DNA of 64,000 bases from a virus. Below are positions 19,988-28,322 of the stretch, one piece after another (position 1 is the first letter of the stretch; every line of letters begins with the position of its first letter). The notes under the pieces were generated by a model. The model made no database searches, was not told the DNA's origin, and saw only the letters and a program-made list of their open reading frames with translations. The stretch covers positions 111,895-175,894 of IMG/VR virus record IMGVR_UViG_3300042691_047309. One strand, 5' to 3'. A program made the translations under genes and the position numbers.

Positions 19988-20125
19988 ATGGAAAATTGGA
20001 ATAGAAATGAATGGCAAGGTCGCCGTAAAGACCAATATGAATCATCTGCTAAGATTTTAGTTGGTTCTTTTGTTGCGATTGTTTTGATATTAGTTGTGTC
20101 TTTAATTTATTTGGTGTGTCTTTAA
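19988..20125 (+). CDS. small single-TM protein (not in ORF track)
   Basis: MENWNRNEWQGRRKDQYESS plus hydrophobic C-terminus, 45 aa. Confidence 0.5.
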   Translation: MENWNRNEWQGRRKDQYESSAKILVGSFVAIVLILVVSLIYLVCL

Positions 20126-20706
20126 AATTTATAACTTTACTTCTAACACTTTTTATCTTCAATCCAGTTTTGAATGAATCTAAAAAAGTTGATATTAGAG
20201 TTAAAAAAATAGACACTTCTAAAAAACAGTTGGTTCAAAAAAATATCATCATCGGTGACTCTCAATCACCATTTGTTGATTGGGGAAGTCAGAGTTTTAA
20301 TTTGATTTCATCAAAAGGTGGCCAAAGTTCTCTTTGGTTGGGAGGGAAAACTTTAGGTTGGTTGTTAGAATCCATTAAAGTTTATCCTGGTGATAGTTTA
20401 GTAACTGGTGTTGCAATTTGTATTGGAACAAACGGTGGGTTTAATAAAAATGATAAGATTTCAGAATTGGTGACCGAGTGTAAATTAAAGTTTCCAAATT
20501 CTAAACTCTATGTAATACAGGGATCTTGGGGTTGGGGTGGTGTTTCTAATAAAACTGAAAGTGTTGTCAGAGATTACTATAAGAAGTTTTCAGAATTAGG
20601 TGTTGTAGTGGTTGAACCACCTATTGGAAAGATTGAACCACATGGTAGAAAACTAATTTATAAAAAGATTGGACAAAATTTAGATAGTTTAGTGAAAATA
20701 AACTAA
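20116..20706 (+). CDS. exported SGNH/GDSL-like hydrolase
   Basis: N-terminal hydrophobic segment; IIGDSQ, IGTNG, C-terminal EPH. Confidence 0.6.
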   Translation: MSLKFITLLLTLFIFNPVLNESKKVDIRVKKIDTSKKQLVQKNIIIGDSQSPFVDWGSQSFNLISSKGGQSSLWLGGKTLGWLLESIKVYPGDSLVTGVAICIGTNGGFNKNDKISELVTECKLKFPNSKLYVIQGSWGWGGVSNKTESVVRDYYKKFSELGVVVVEPPIGKIEPHGRKLIYKKIGQNLDSLVKIN

Positions 20707-20755
20707 ACAAAGTTGATAATTAAGATAAAAGTTTTATCTTTGTTAAAAGAAATAA

Positions 20756-20840
20756 GGTCGAGTGATGAAATCGGTATACATGACAGACTTAAAATCTGTT
20801 GGGCATTACGCCCGTGCGGGTTCAAGTCCCGCCTCGACTA
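20756..20840 (+). tRNA. tRNA-Leu(UAA), CCA not encoded
   Basis: acceptor GGTCGAG/CTCGACT; anticodon arm ACAGA-CTTAAAA-TCTGT; long variable arm; GGTTCAAGTCC T-loop. Confidence 0.93.
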
Positions 20841-20876
20841 CAAATAGGTAATCTTCGGAAATCCTTATAAAAAAAG

Positions 20877-20948
20877 GGTCCCATAGCTTAACGGATAAAG
20901 CCTCGGTTTTCTAAACCGATAATCCAAGTTCGATTCTTGGTGGGATCA
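20877..20948 (+). tRNA. tRNA-Arg(UCU), CCA not encoded
   Basis: acceptor GGTCCCA/TGGGATC; anticodon arm TCGGT-TTTCTAA-ACCGA; GTTCGATTC T-loop. Confidence 0.92.
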
Positions 20949-20953
20949 CAAAA

Positions 20954-20983
20954 AAAAAGAGACTCAGATTTGAGTCTCTTTTT
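20954..20983. terminator. bidirectional intrinsic terminator
   Basis: aaaaagagactca-gatt-tgagtctcttttt. Confidence 0.8.
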
Positions 20984-20986
20984 GTT

Positions 20987-21337
20987 TTAAATAATTTCAG
21001 TTACATCTGATGCGGTTTGACCATCTTCTTCGTCGACTTTCTGAATCAACATTTTATCTCTATCTTCAGAATTAAACCAGTAGTCAACTACTTTGTTTAG
21101 GTTACCAACAAATGCCCCTAAAAGGATAAGTAACATTTCTTTCCAATCTTCGTTAATCGAGGCTCCCATAAACACACCAGCATTTATTCCTAAAATAATG
21201 AAAAAGAAAAGTCCTAATACGATAGCTGTAATTCTCCATCTATTAGCTTGCATTTGTTGAAGCATATAATAGAATCTGTTTTTATCTTCTACTTTAACAT
21301 ACTCGGTCTTTGCGCTAAAAATGTTTTTAAATCTCAT
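20987..21337 (-). CDS. two-TM membrane protein, holin candidate
   Basis: two hydrophobic helices, VVDYWFNSE, acidic tail; TAATATATA at 21352-21360 (-). Confidence 0.45.
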   Translation of the reverse strand: MRFKNIFSAKTEYVKVEDKNRFYYMLQQMQANRWRITAIVLGLFFFIILGINAGVFMGASINEDWKEMLLILLGAFVGNLNKVVDYWFNSEDRDKMLIQKVDEEDGQTASDVTEII

Positions 21338-21414
21338 AATATTTTTTGTTTTATATATTATAAGTCGAATTCAATAATTTTTCTAACATTTTACAAAAAT
21401 TCAATATAACATAA

Positions 21415-22101
21415 ATGATTAATATAACTAAAGGTGTCATAGTAACAGAAGTTGATTCTATAATTAAATATATCAATGAGATTAAAAAGATACCGATTCT
21501 TACAAGAGAAGAAGAGTTTGAGATTTGTCAAAGAATCAAATCTGGTGACCAATCTGCTATTTCTGAGTTAGTAAAACACAATTTAAGATTTGTTATACAC
21601 ACTGCAAAAAAGTATCAGAATTTAGGTCTTACATTTGAGGATTTAATATCATTTGGTAACTTGGGTCTTTACAGAGCAGTTGAAAAGTTTGATATTGATA
21701 GAGGATTTAAGTTTATAACATTTGCTGTTTGGTATATCAAATCTGAAATAACAACCGCTATAAATGAACTATCTACTCAGGTGAGGATACCTAACTCACA
21801 GGACTCTGATAATTATGATTTTAAGTCGGAAGATGCTAATTTATCTACAAATGATGTTAGTAGATTCGATAAGAGTGATTTAATGACGGAGTTAAAAATG
21901 GTTCTTAATTGTTTGTCTAGTGAGGAATATGATTATATAACTAGATTTTATGGATTTGGATATGAGTTTGCTCAATCTATTGATGATATTGCTGAAGTAA
22001 TGAGTCTATCTAATGAAAGAGTAAGACAGGTGATTAGAAAGGCTGAAAGAAGGTTAAAGAGTCATCCTAATTTAGATATATTAAGGAAATATTTAGATTA
22101 A
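21415..22101 (+). CDS. RNA polymerase sigma-70 family factor (RpoD/RpoH-like)
   Basis: ILTREEE, LVKHNLRFV, DLISFGNLGL, KFDIDRGFKFITFAVWYI, ERVRQ HTH. Confidence 0.9.
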   Translation: MINITKGVIVTEVDSIIKYINEIKKIPILTREEEFEICQRIKSGDQSAISELVKHNLRFVIHTAKKYQNLGLTFEDLISFGNLGLYRAVEKFDIDRGFKFITFAVWYIKSEITTAINELSTQVRIPNSQDSDNYDFKSEDANLSTNDVSRFDKSDLMTELKMVLNCLSSEEYDYITRFYGFGYEFAQSIDDIAEVMSLSNERVRQVIRKAERRLKSHPNLDILRKYLD

Positions 22102-22165
22102 AATTATTTTTTACAAACTATTTGATATTTATACTAAAAGTGGTATATTTGTAAAAAATAGTAAT

Positions 22166-22333
22166 ATGTCACAGCTCAGTAAAGAGCAAGATTTGCTCAG
22201 AAAGTTATATGAATGTCAGGAAGAAATGGAAAAACTTCTAAAGCAGGGTAAGGAAGATTCTCACTATAAAATGATATGTGAGTTAATAACTCGTTTAGAG
22301 ATGTTTCTTTGTAATAATCAAGATTTAATGTAA
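22166..22333 (+). CDS. small hypothetical protein (not in ORF track)
   Basis: 55 aa after TTTG-N19-TATATTTG (22121-22151). Confidence 0.5.
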   Translation: MSQLSKEQDLLRKLYECQEEMEKLLKQGKEDSHYKMICELITRLEMFLCNNQDLM

Positions 22334-22336
22334 GTT

Positions 22337-22786
22337 ATGGATATAGATAAACTTTATAGTGATTTCAACTTTGCTCAGGGAGTAGATGAAAAAAGACAAA
22401 TTTTAGAATCATTTTCTGATGATATTTCGGATCATGATTTAAAAGAGCTTCAAGCTCAGATTAATGATGTTATTGAGAATTCAAAAATTGAAGAGGATAT
22501 TATTATTTCTATGGAAATAGAAGATGGTAAGTACCACCTTTATAACTGTGTGGAAAGTGTTGCTGATTATAAATCTGGTTCTAATTACTATGTCAAAGTA
22601 GATGATCCAAAAGAATTTTACTTATCAACTGGAATTGGTGAAACAAATACAATTATTCACAATATGATTGAAACTATTAAACCAATCTATTGGATTATAA
22701 CTGACGATGGTATTGGTACATTAAAAAGAAAAAATATTTTCCCGAATGATGTTGATTTTTCGGATTATTTTGTTAAATTTGCTTAA
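22337..22786 (+). CDS. hypothetical protein
   Basis: 149 aa ORF in operon. Confidence 0.55.
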   Translation: MDIDKLYSDFNFAQGVDEKRQILESFSDDISDHDLKELQAQINDVIENSKIEEDIIISMEIEDGKYHLYNCVESVADYKSGSNYYVKVDDPKEFYLSTGIGETNTIIHNMIETIKPIYWIITDDGIGTLKRKNIFPNDVDFSDYFVKFA

Positions 22787-22795
22787 AATATAAAT

Positions 22796-22981
22796 ATGGA
22801 AAAAATTAATGAAGTTGAAATTATCTCAAGATTAGATAAACAATTCGGAAATGATCAAGATTTGGGTAAAAACTACCGTAGTGTTATCTTAATGAATTTT
22901 GGAAAATTCGACGAAAATTGCAAAAAATATCCTAATGATTTTGACTTAGGAAAAAATTTAAGAAAAAAAATTAAAAATTAA
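22796..22981 (+). CDS. small protein with two ND(Q/F)DLGK repeats
   Basis: FGNDQDLGKNYR / YPNDFDLGKNLR. Confidence 0.5.
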   Translation: MEKINEVEIISRLDKQFGNDQDLGKNYRSVILMNFGKFDENCKKYPNDFDLGKNLRKKIKN

Positions 22982-23035
22982 TTTGGTAAAAAGAAAATAA
23001 TTACTAACTTTGTTAAAAATAAAAACGAAAAATAT

Positions 23036-24160
23036 ATGTCAATGAAACCTAATGGAATGTCAGAAGAAATGTTAGAGAACTTGGGTAACCTAACAGAAAA
23101 AGAAAGAAAGTATTTTGCTATTATGTGGGCAAAGTATGGTGTTCTTTTTATATCATCTAAACCCGGAGTTGCTAAGTCTGCAATTGGTCGTTCAATCGCT
23201 GAGAAGATGGGATTTGCATACTTAGATATGCGTTTATCGATGTCTGATGAATCTGACTTCAAATATCCTTATCTTGAAGATGGTACGTTTGAGGGAAAAC
23301 CAATTAAAGTTTCCGGATACGCAGTACCGAAATGGGCTTATGAGGCTAACCAACGCCCAACACTTATTCACTTCGAAGAGTTAAACAGAGCTCCTCAATT
23401 CGTAAGAAATGCGGCTCTACAAATCCTTCTTGAGCGTGAGATTGGTGAATTCAAATTCAACTCTAACGTTATTATGATGGCATCTGGTAACTTAGGTGAT
23501 GAAGATGGTACTGACGTTGAAGAGTTCGACTCAGCTCTTAACAACCGTCTAATTCACATTCCTCACTCTCTTGGAGTTGAAGAGTGGTTAGGTGATTTCG
23601 CATCTACAGGGTGTCACAAACTTATCACTTCATTCATCAAATCTCACCCAGAGCAGATGTATAAGACGAGTGATAACACTAAGGGTTACGCAACTCCACG
23701 TTCTTGGACAATGTTGTCTAAGTTTATCACAGAAAACTGGGGAATGGAAGCTTCACCGAGAGAGTTTCTTCCACTTTTGAAAGAGGTAGCCTCTGGATAT
23801 GTTGGAAACTCAGCGATGAAGTTCATTCAATACTGTGAGGATATGTTGAATATCTCAATTCAAGATGTTCTTAATGACTACGACCGTATCAAAAAGGATC
23901 TTGAGAAGTACAACCGTGATAAGAACTCTGAATTGATTCAGTCATTGAAAGAGATTGATATCACTAAGTTGTCTGAGAAACAACTTGACAATTGTGTTAA
24001 ATTTCTTAACGGAGTTGGTGATGATGAAAAGACGGCTTACCTACTTTACATCTTAGATAATATCGCGGATGTGACTAATCCAAAAATGAAGAAGTTTCTT
24101 CTTAAGTTTGAGGAATTGTTGAGAACAATTAAGAAAATCAACAAACCAGGTAGTAAGTAA
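23036..24160 (+). CDS. MoxR-like AAA+ ATPase
   Basis: Walker A SKPGVAKS, Walker B HFEELNRA, ASGN sensor, ALNNR, TPRSW; promoter TTTG-N19-TAACTTTG at 22982-23012. Confidence 0.85.
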   Translation: MSMKPNGMSEEMLENLGNLTEKERKYFAIMWAKYGVLFISSKPGVAKSAIGRSIAEKMGFAYLDMRLSMSDESDFKYPYLEDGTFEGKPIKVSGYAVPKWAYEANQRPTLIHFEELNRAPQFVRNAALQILLEREIGEFKFNSNVIMMASGNLGDEDGTDVEEFDSALNNRLIHIPHSLGVEEWLGDFASTGCHKLITSFIKSHPEQMYKTSDNTKGYATPRSWTMLSKFITENWGMEASPREFLPLLKEVASGYVGNSAMKFIQYCEDMLNISIQDVLNDYDRIKKDLEKYNRDKNSELIQSLKEIDITKLSEKQLDNCVKFLNGVGDDEKTAYLLYILDNIADVTNPKMKKFLLKFEELLRTIKKINKPGSK

Positions 24161-24177
24161 TAGTCTTTCTGAGAGTT

Positions 24178-24209
24178 AAGGGGATGTCGAAAAGATATCC
24201 CCTTTTTTT
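24178..24209 (+). terminator. intrinsic terminator
   Basis: aaggggatgtc-gaaaa-gatatcccctt plus T run. Confidence 0.8.
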
Positions 24210-24242
24210 GATAATTAAGAAATTATTTTAGATATATAAACC

Positions 24243-24467
24243 ATGTATGAGATAAAACTTGTTTTGATAAGCACTTACGGTGAATTTCGAGGTAGGCCTG
24301 CAATTCTATCTTTAGAAGACTATGCTCGTCTTGTCGAAATGACCAAAACATTTTACAGTGGAGGATTTGAATTGACACTTGAAGATGGTACATTCGTAGT
24401 ATTTGCCCCTGATGTTGTTAGTCAATCTATTCTTAAAATAGAAAAAAAAGAAATAAAAAATGTTTAA
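24243..24467 (+). CDS. hypothetical protein
   Basis: 74 aa ORF, first of an operon. Confidence 0.5.
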   Translation: MYEIKLVLISTYGEFRGRPAILSLEDYARLVEMTKTFYSGGFELTLEDGTFVVFAPDVVSQSILKIEKKEIKNV

Positions 24468-25110
24468 AAATAGATTTAAAAGATTTGGGGGAGATTACAT
24501 TCCTGATATCATAGAGTATCTTTCTGATTATATTAGTAAAGATCCTAGTGTTACTATTTCAGTTGGTTGTGACTCTATTCAAAAGAGACGAAGAACTGTT
24601 TATGCAATCACAATTATGATGTATAATACCGATTTAAGACATGGGGCTCACGTTGTTTTTTTCAGAGAGTCTTGTCCTAAAATTAGAGACAACAATGAAA
24701 GACTTTTTAAAGAAGCTCAATATTTACATGATATTGGAACTTACTTAGATGGTGAGCTTTCCAAATTTTATAAAAGAACAGACTTATCAGAAAGAGAAAT
24801 GAAAAGATATAAGTATCACCTTCTTAAATGTGCGGGTGAATATGGACACGTTCCTCTTCACCAAGATGATGCGGTAATGAATGCTCTGTTTCTCAGTCCT
24901 GCTGATATGATTGATTATAGAACTGTTGATATACATGTTGACTTTAATCCATTTGAGGGTTCAATAAATGAAAAAGGATTACATAAAAATAAGTCGTATG
25001 CTGCTTATAAAAGTTATACACCTTGGTTGAGAGGCATGGGCTTTAGAACTTGGGCAAAACCTCTCGCCCATGCCAGTACATCAGCCGCAGACTTACTTTT
25101 ACAGGACTGA
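24460..25110 (+). CDS. RNase H-like YkuK (DUF458) family protein
   Basis: SVGCDS, RLFKEA, DIHVDFN, ASTSAAD. Confidence 0.75.
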   Translation: MFKNRFKRFGGDYIPDIIEYLSDYISKDPSVTISVGCDSIQKRRRTVYAITIMMYNTDLRHGAHVVFFRESCPKIRDNNERLFKEAQYLHDIGTYLDGELSKFYKRTDLSEREMKRYKYHLLKCAGEYGHVPLHQDDAVMNALFLSPADMIDYRTVDIHVDFNPFEGSINEKGLHKNKSYAAYKSYTPWLRGMGFRTWAKPLAHASTSAADLLLQD

Positions 25111-25469
25111 TGTTTGAATTAAACTCACATATGATTCAAAAAATGGGGTGGTTTTCATATCACCCTTCTATTGGACTTGGGTTTGATTTGCCTGGTGTTT
25201 TTCATAGTGATCCTTTTGTTAGATTTTTTTTCATTGACAAGTCTAAAAATGTTGTTTTCATTATTAAAGAAATGACTCCTGATGAAAAACAAAAGACAAA
25301 AAAAGAATATAAATTTATAGATTTTAAAACACCAATAAACATAAAAGCTACTAAGATGAATATAGTAGAATTTAACTCAAATGAAGAATTATGGAAACTG
25401 GTTATTGAAAATGAGGCTTGTGGTGAAAATTATCAAAGACACTTTAGACTAAACAAAATATTAAAATGA
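25110..25469 (+). CDS. hypothetical protein with C-terminal RHFRLNKILK motif
   Basis: likely start MFELNS overlapping the upstream TGA. Confidence 0.5.
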   Translation: MFELNSHMIQKMGWFSYHPSIGLGFDLPGVFHSDPFVRFFFIDKSKNVVFIIKEMTPDEKQKTKKEYKFIDFKTPINIKATKMNIVEFNSNEELWKLVIENEACGENYQRHFRLNKILK

Positions 25470-26092
25470 AAAGAAAAGAATTAAAAATTTTAGGTCTCTC
25501 TTATAGCCAAACACAAATCGGATCTTATGTTTGTGTGCTAACTGAAAAAAAGGGAACAATTAAGATACCACTTATTATTAAAGCAAATGAAGCTCAAAGA
25601 ATTGCACTTGAACTTGAAGGTATTAAACCAACTAGAACTCTAACACATGATACCATTAAAGGTATTTGTGATTCTTTTGATTTAGATGTTCAGGAAGTTT
25701 TTATTTACGCACTTATGGAAGGTGTTTTCTACACCAGAATAGTAGTTTCTAACGGAATTGATGAAATGGAAATTGAAACAACTATTGGTGATGCACTTGC
25801 TCTATCAACAATATATAAATGTCCAATTTACACTACCACTGATATCATAGGTTCGGTAGGTGTCAAAATTAATGATGATGGTAGCTTTGATTCAAATGAT
25901 AAAGATGAAGATGATTTTGAGGATGATGATTTTGAAGATGATTTTGATAGTTTTATTGATGATGGAAAAAAAGAAAGAGTTGTCTCTGTTGAAGATTTAG
26001 AGATACTTATGCAAAATGCTATTGATAATGAAGAGTATGAAATTGCAGCAGAACTAAGAGACCGCATACAAAAATTAAAAAATGAAGAATAA
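25466..26092 (+). CDS. bifunctional nuclease (DUF151) with UvrB/UvrC motif
   Basis: LGLSYSQTQIGSY, EAQRIA, LTHD, EGVFY, GDALAL; C-terminal AIDNEEYEIAAELRD. Confidence 0.85.
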   Translation: MKRKELKILGLSYSQTQIGSYVCVLTEKKGTIKIPLIIKANEAQRIALELEGIKPTRTLTHDTIKGICDSFDLDVQEVFIYALMEGVFYTRIVVSNGIDEMEIETTIGDALALSTIYKCPIYTTTDIIGSVGVKINDDGSFDSNDKDEDDFEDDDFEDDFDSFIDDGKKERVVSVEDLEILMQNAIDNEEYEIAAELRDRIQKLKNEE

Positions 26093-26523
26093 TGGAGAAA
26101 AAGTTATACGATAAAATCGATAGTAATATACTTAAATCACTACCTAACCCAACTGAAGAAGCTTACGAGGCAAAAATAAAAATTCCAGAATGTACCTTTT
26201 TAGGAGTTCATGAACAACCAGATTTTGCTAGTTTCTACCTTACTTTTTATGCTGATAAAAAAATCATTGAATTGAAATCTCTTAAACATTACATCTATCA
26301 ATTGAGAGATATTGTAGTTTCATATGAGAGACTAATCAATATCGTTTATGAGGATTTAATGAAAACATATGAGCCTACTAGATTAAGAATCGTTATGGTT
26401 TGTAATCCACGAGGCGGTATAAGTTCTAAACTAACCATTGATTCGGATTGGGGAATTAGAGGTGGGAAAGAAATTTTCAAAGACTGGCACCAATCAGAGG
26501 ACACTTGGGAAGTTGTAATGTAA
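26092..26523 (+). CDS. queF: QueF-family T-fold protein (variant active site)
   Basis: LPNP, QPDF, ELKSLKHY, SYE, PRGGI; canonical TSLCP reads TFLGV. Confidence 0.75.
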   Translation: MEKKLYDKIDSNILKSLPNPTEEAYEAKIKIPECTFLGVHEQPDFASFYLTFYADKKIIELKSLKHYIYQLRDIVVSYERLINIVYEDLMKTYEPTRLRIVMVCNPRGGISSKLTIDSDWGIRGGKEIFKDWHQSEDTWEVVM

Positions 26524-26588
26524 AAAAAAATTACAATAAAGGCAACTTAGGTTGTCTTTTTTTATATAACAAAAAAATAAAATATTAA

Positions 26589-27488
26589 ATGGCATTATCT
26601 TATATCGGTGGTAAGTCAAGAATCGGAACTTGGATTAGAAATTATATTCCAAAAGACATTGAGACTTATGTAGAACCTTTTTCCGGAATGTTCTGGGTCT
26701 TCTTCAAAATGGAGCTTCCAGTATATCAAAATATCAAAACTGTCGTTTATAACGACTGGAACCCACTCAATGTAAATCTTTTCAACTGTATCAAAAATTA
26801 CAAAGAGTTTTATGATGTGATTAAAGATTATAAATCACAGGATAAATCAATGTTTGAAAAGTTTCAAAAAGAGATTTTTAGTCCTGAATTTAAAATAGAT
26901 TTGACCAATTCTGATTATCACACGGCCGCAAAATACGCTTATGTTTTATCACAAGTTTGGTCTGGGACTAATCCTGAGAAATCTAAATTTATTGATCTTA
27001 AGGGTAAATATAAATCAAAGTTTGATTCATTTGTTAATAAACTTCAAAACCCTAATTGGCAAAAGTATTTTGATAAAATAACAGTTTGTGAAAATTTAGA
27101 CTTTGAAGAAGTTATTAAAAAATATGATTCGGAAAGAACATATTTCTACTGTGATCCACCTTACTATAAGACGGAAAAGTATTACGCAAATCATGAGTTT
27201 GGAATTGAAACACATGAAAGATTGGCAAATTGTTTAAAATCAACTACTGGTAAATTTTCACTTAGCTACTATCACTTTGAACAATTAGAGGAATGGTTTC
27301 CAAAAGATGAGTATCAGTGGCAATCTAAAGAATTCTCAAAAGCAGCAATGGCTAAGGCAGGTAAATCTCAAACAGTTGGAACTGAACTACTAATTATGAA
27401 CTATGGAAAAGTAGAAAAGAGAGAATTGATAGAAGAAGAAAAGACATCAACTATTTTAGATGATGATAACTTTGATTTCAGTATTTAA
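26589..27488 (+). CDS. dam: Dam-like (D12 class) DNA adenine methyltransferase
   Basis: YIGGKS, YVEPFSG, VYND, YCDPPY, ELLIMNY. Confidence 0.88.
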   Translation: MALSYIGGKSRIGTWIRNYIPKDIETYVEPFSGMFWVFFKMELPVYQNIKTVVYNDWNPLNVNLFNCIKNYKEFYDVIKDYKSQDKSMFEKFQKEIFSPEFKIDLTNSDYHTAAKYAYVLSQVWSGTNPEKSKFIDLKGKYKSKFDSFVNKLQNPNWQKYFDKITVCENLDFEEVIKKYDSERTYFYCDPPYYKTEKYYANHEFGIETHERLANCLKSTTGKFSLSYYHFEQLEEWFPKDEYQWQSKEFSKAAMAKAGKSQTVGTELLIMNYGKVEKRELIEEEKTSTILDDDNFDFSI

Positions 27489-27548
27489 TTTATAAAAGGA
27501 GACTTGATAATTTTTATAAATAAGTTATAAAAATTATCACTCTTTTCT

Positions 27549-27770
27549 ATGAAGTACAAACCCGGTGATATAGTCATTAAAACCACAGGTGGTAATAAAA
27601 TGACAATCTTTGATAAGATATCCGATGGTGTTTATAAATGTCTTTGGTTTGTTGAAAACTCAATGAAGGAATCCGTATTTAATGAGGAGGAATTAGTTAC
27701 TTTAAATGAGTATAAACGGTTTCTGAAAACGGAAGAAAGAGAAGATAAGATTAATCAATTACTGGGTTAA
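27549..27770 (+). CDS. YodC/DUF2158-like protein with C-terminal REDKINQLLG
   Basis: YKPGDIV..TTGGNKMT...CLWF...F.EEEL. Confidence 0.7.
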   Translation: MKYKPGDIVIKTTGGNKMTIFDKISDGVYKCLWFVENSMKESVFNEEELVTLNEYKRFLKTEEREDKINQLLG

Positions 27771-28248
27771 AATAAACATTTAATGATATTGACTTATATT
27801 CTTCGTGGTGTGAATTCATATCAATAAGAACTTTATCATAACTATCTTTAAGTCTATCCCAAGTTACTAAAATATCCTTTAACTTATCAACACCAGAATC
27901 ATCTAAAATAGCATAATCAGCTTTTATCTTTATGGTAGCACAAAATACAAACGGATATTCATCTAAATCAGTTGTGCGTAAAAATAATTGACGGTAAGAC
28001 TCATTATCAAGATATCTATTAGCTTCTTCTGTTTGAGATTGAACCCATCTTTCAAAATTTCCATTATTTGGATTTACAGACCAAAGCATGTCACGCTCTT
28101 TTACACCAGAGTATCCACAAACACACATGCTATAAGATACAACATCATCATCTTCATACTCTACGAAATATTCCCTAATCTTATTTACTTCATCTTTGAA
28201 AGAATCAGACGAATTACTTTCATTAAATTTTGACCAGTCTTTAATCAT
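27751..28248 (-). CDS. putative virion protein (MIKDWSKFNES tag)
   Basis: 165 aa; TAATATATA at 28317-28325 (-), preceded by a 20-aa ORF at 28250-28312. Confidence 0.55.
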   Translation of the reverse strand: MIKDWSKFNESNSSDSFKDEVNKIREYFVEYEDDDVVSYSMCVCGYSGVKERDMLWSVNPNNGNFERWVQSQTEEANRYLDNESYRQLFLRTTDLDEYPFVFCATIKIKADYAILDDSGVDKLKDILVTWDRLKDSYDKVLIDMNSHHEEYKSISLNVYFNPVID

Positions 28249-28322
28249 ACTACTTCTTTCTTACAGCAACTCTACCTTTAAGTAAAGATTTTAATAATTC
28301 TAATATTTTCATAGATTATATA

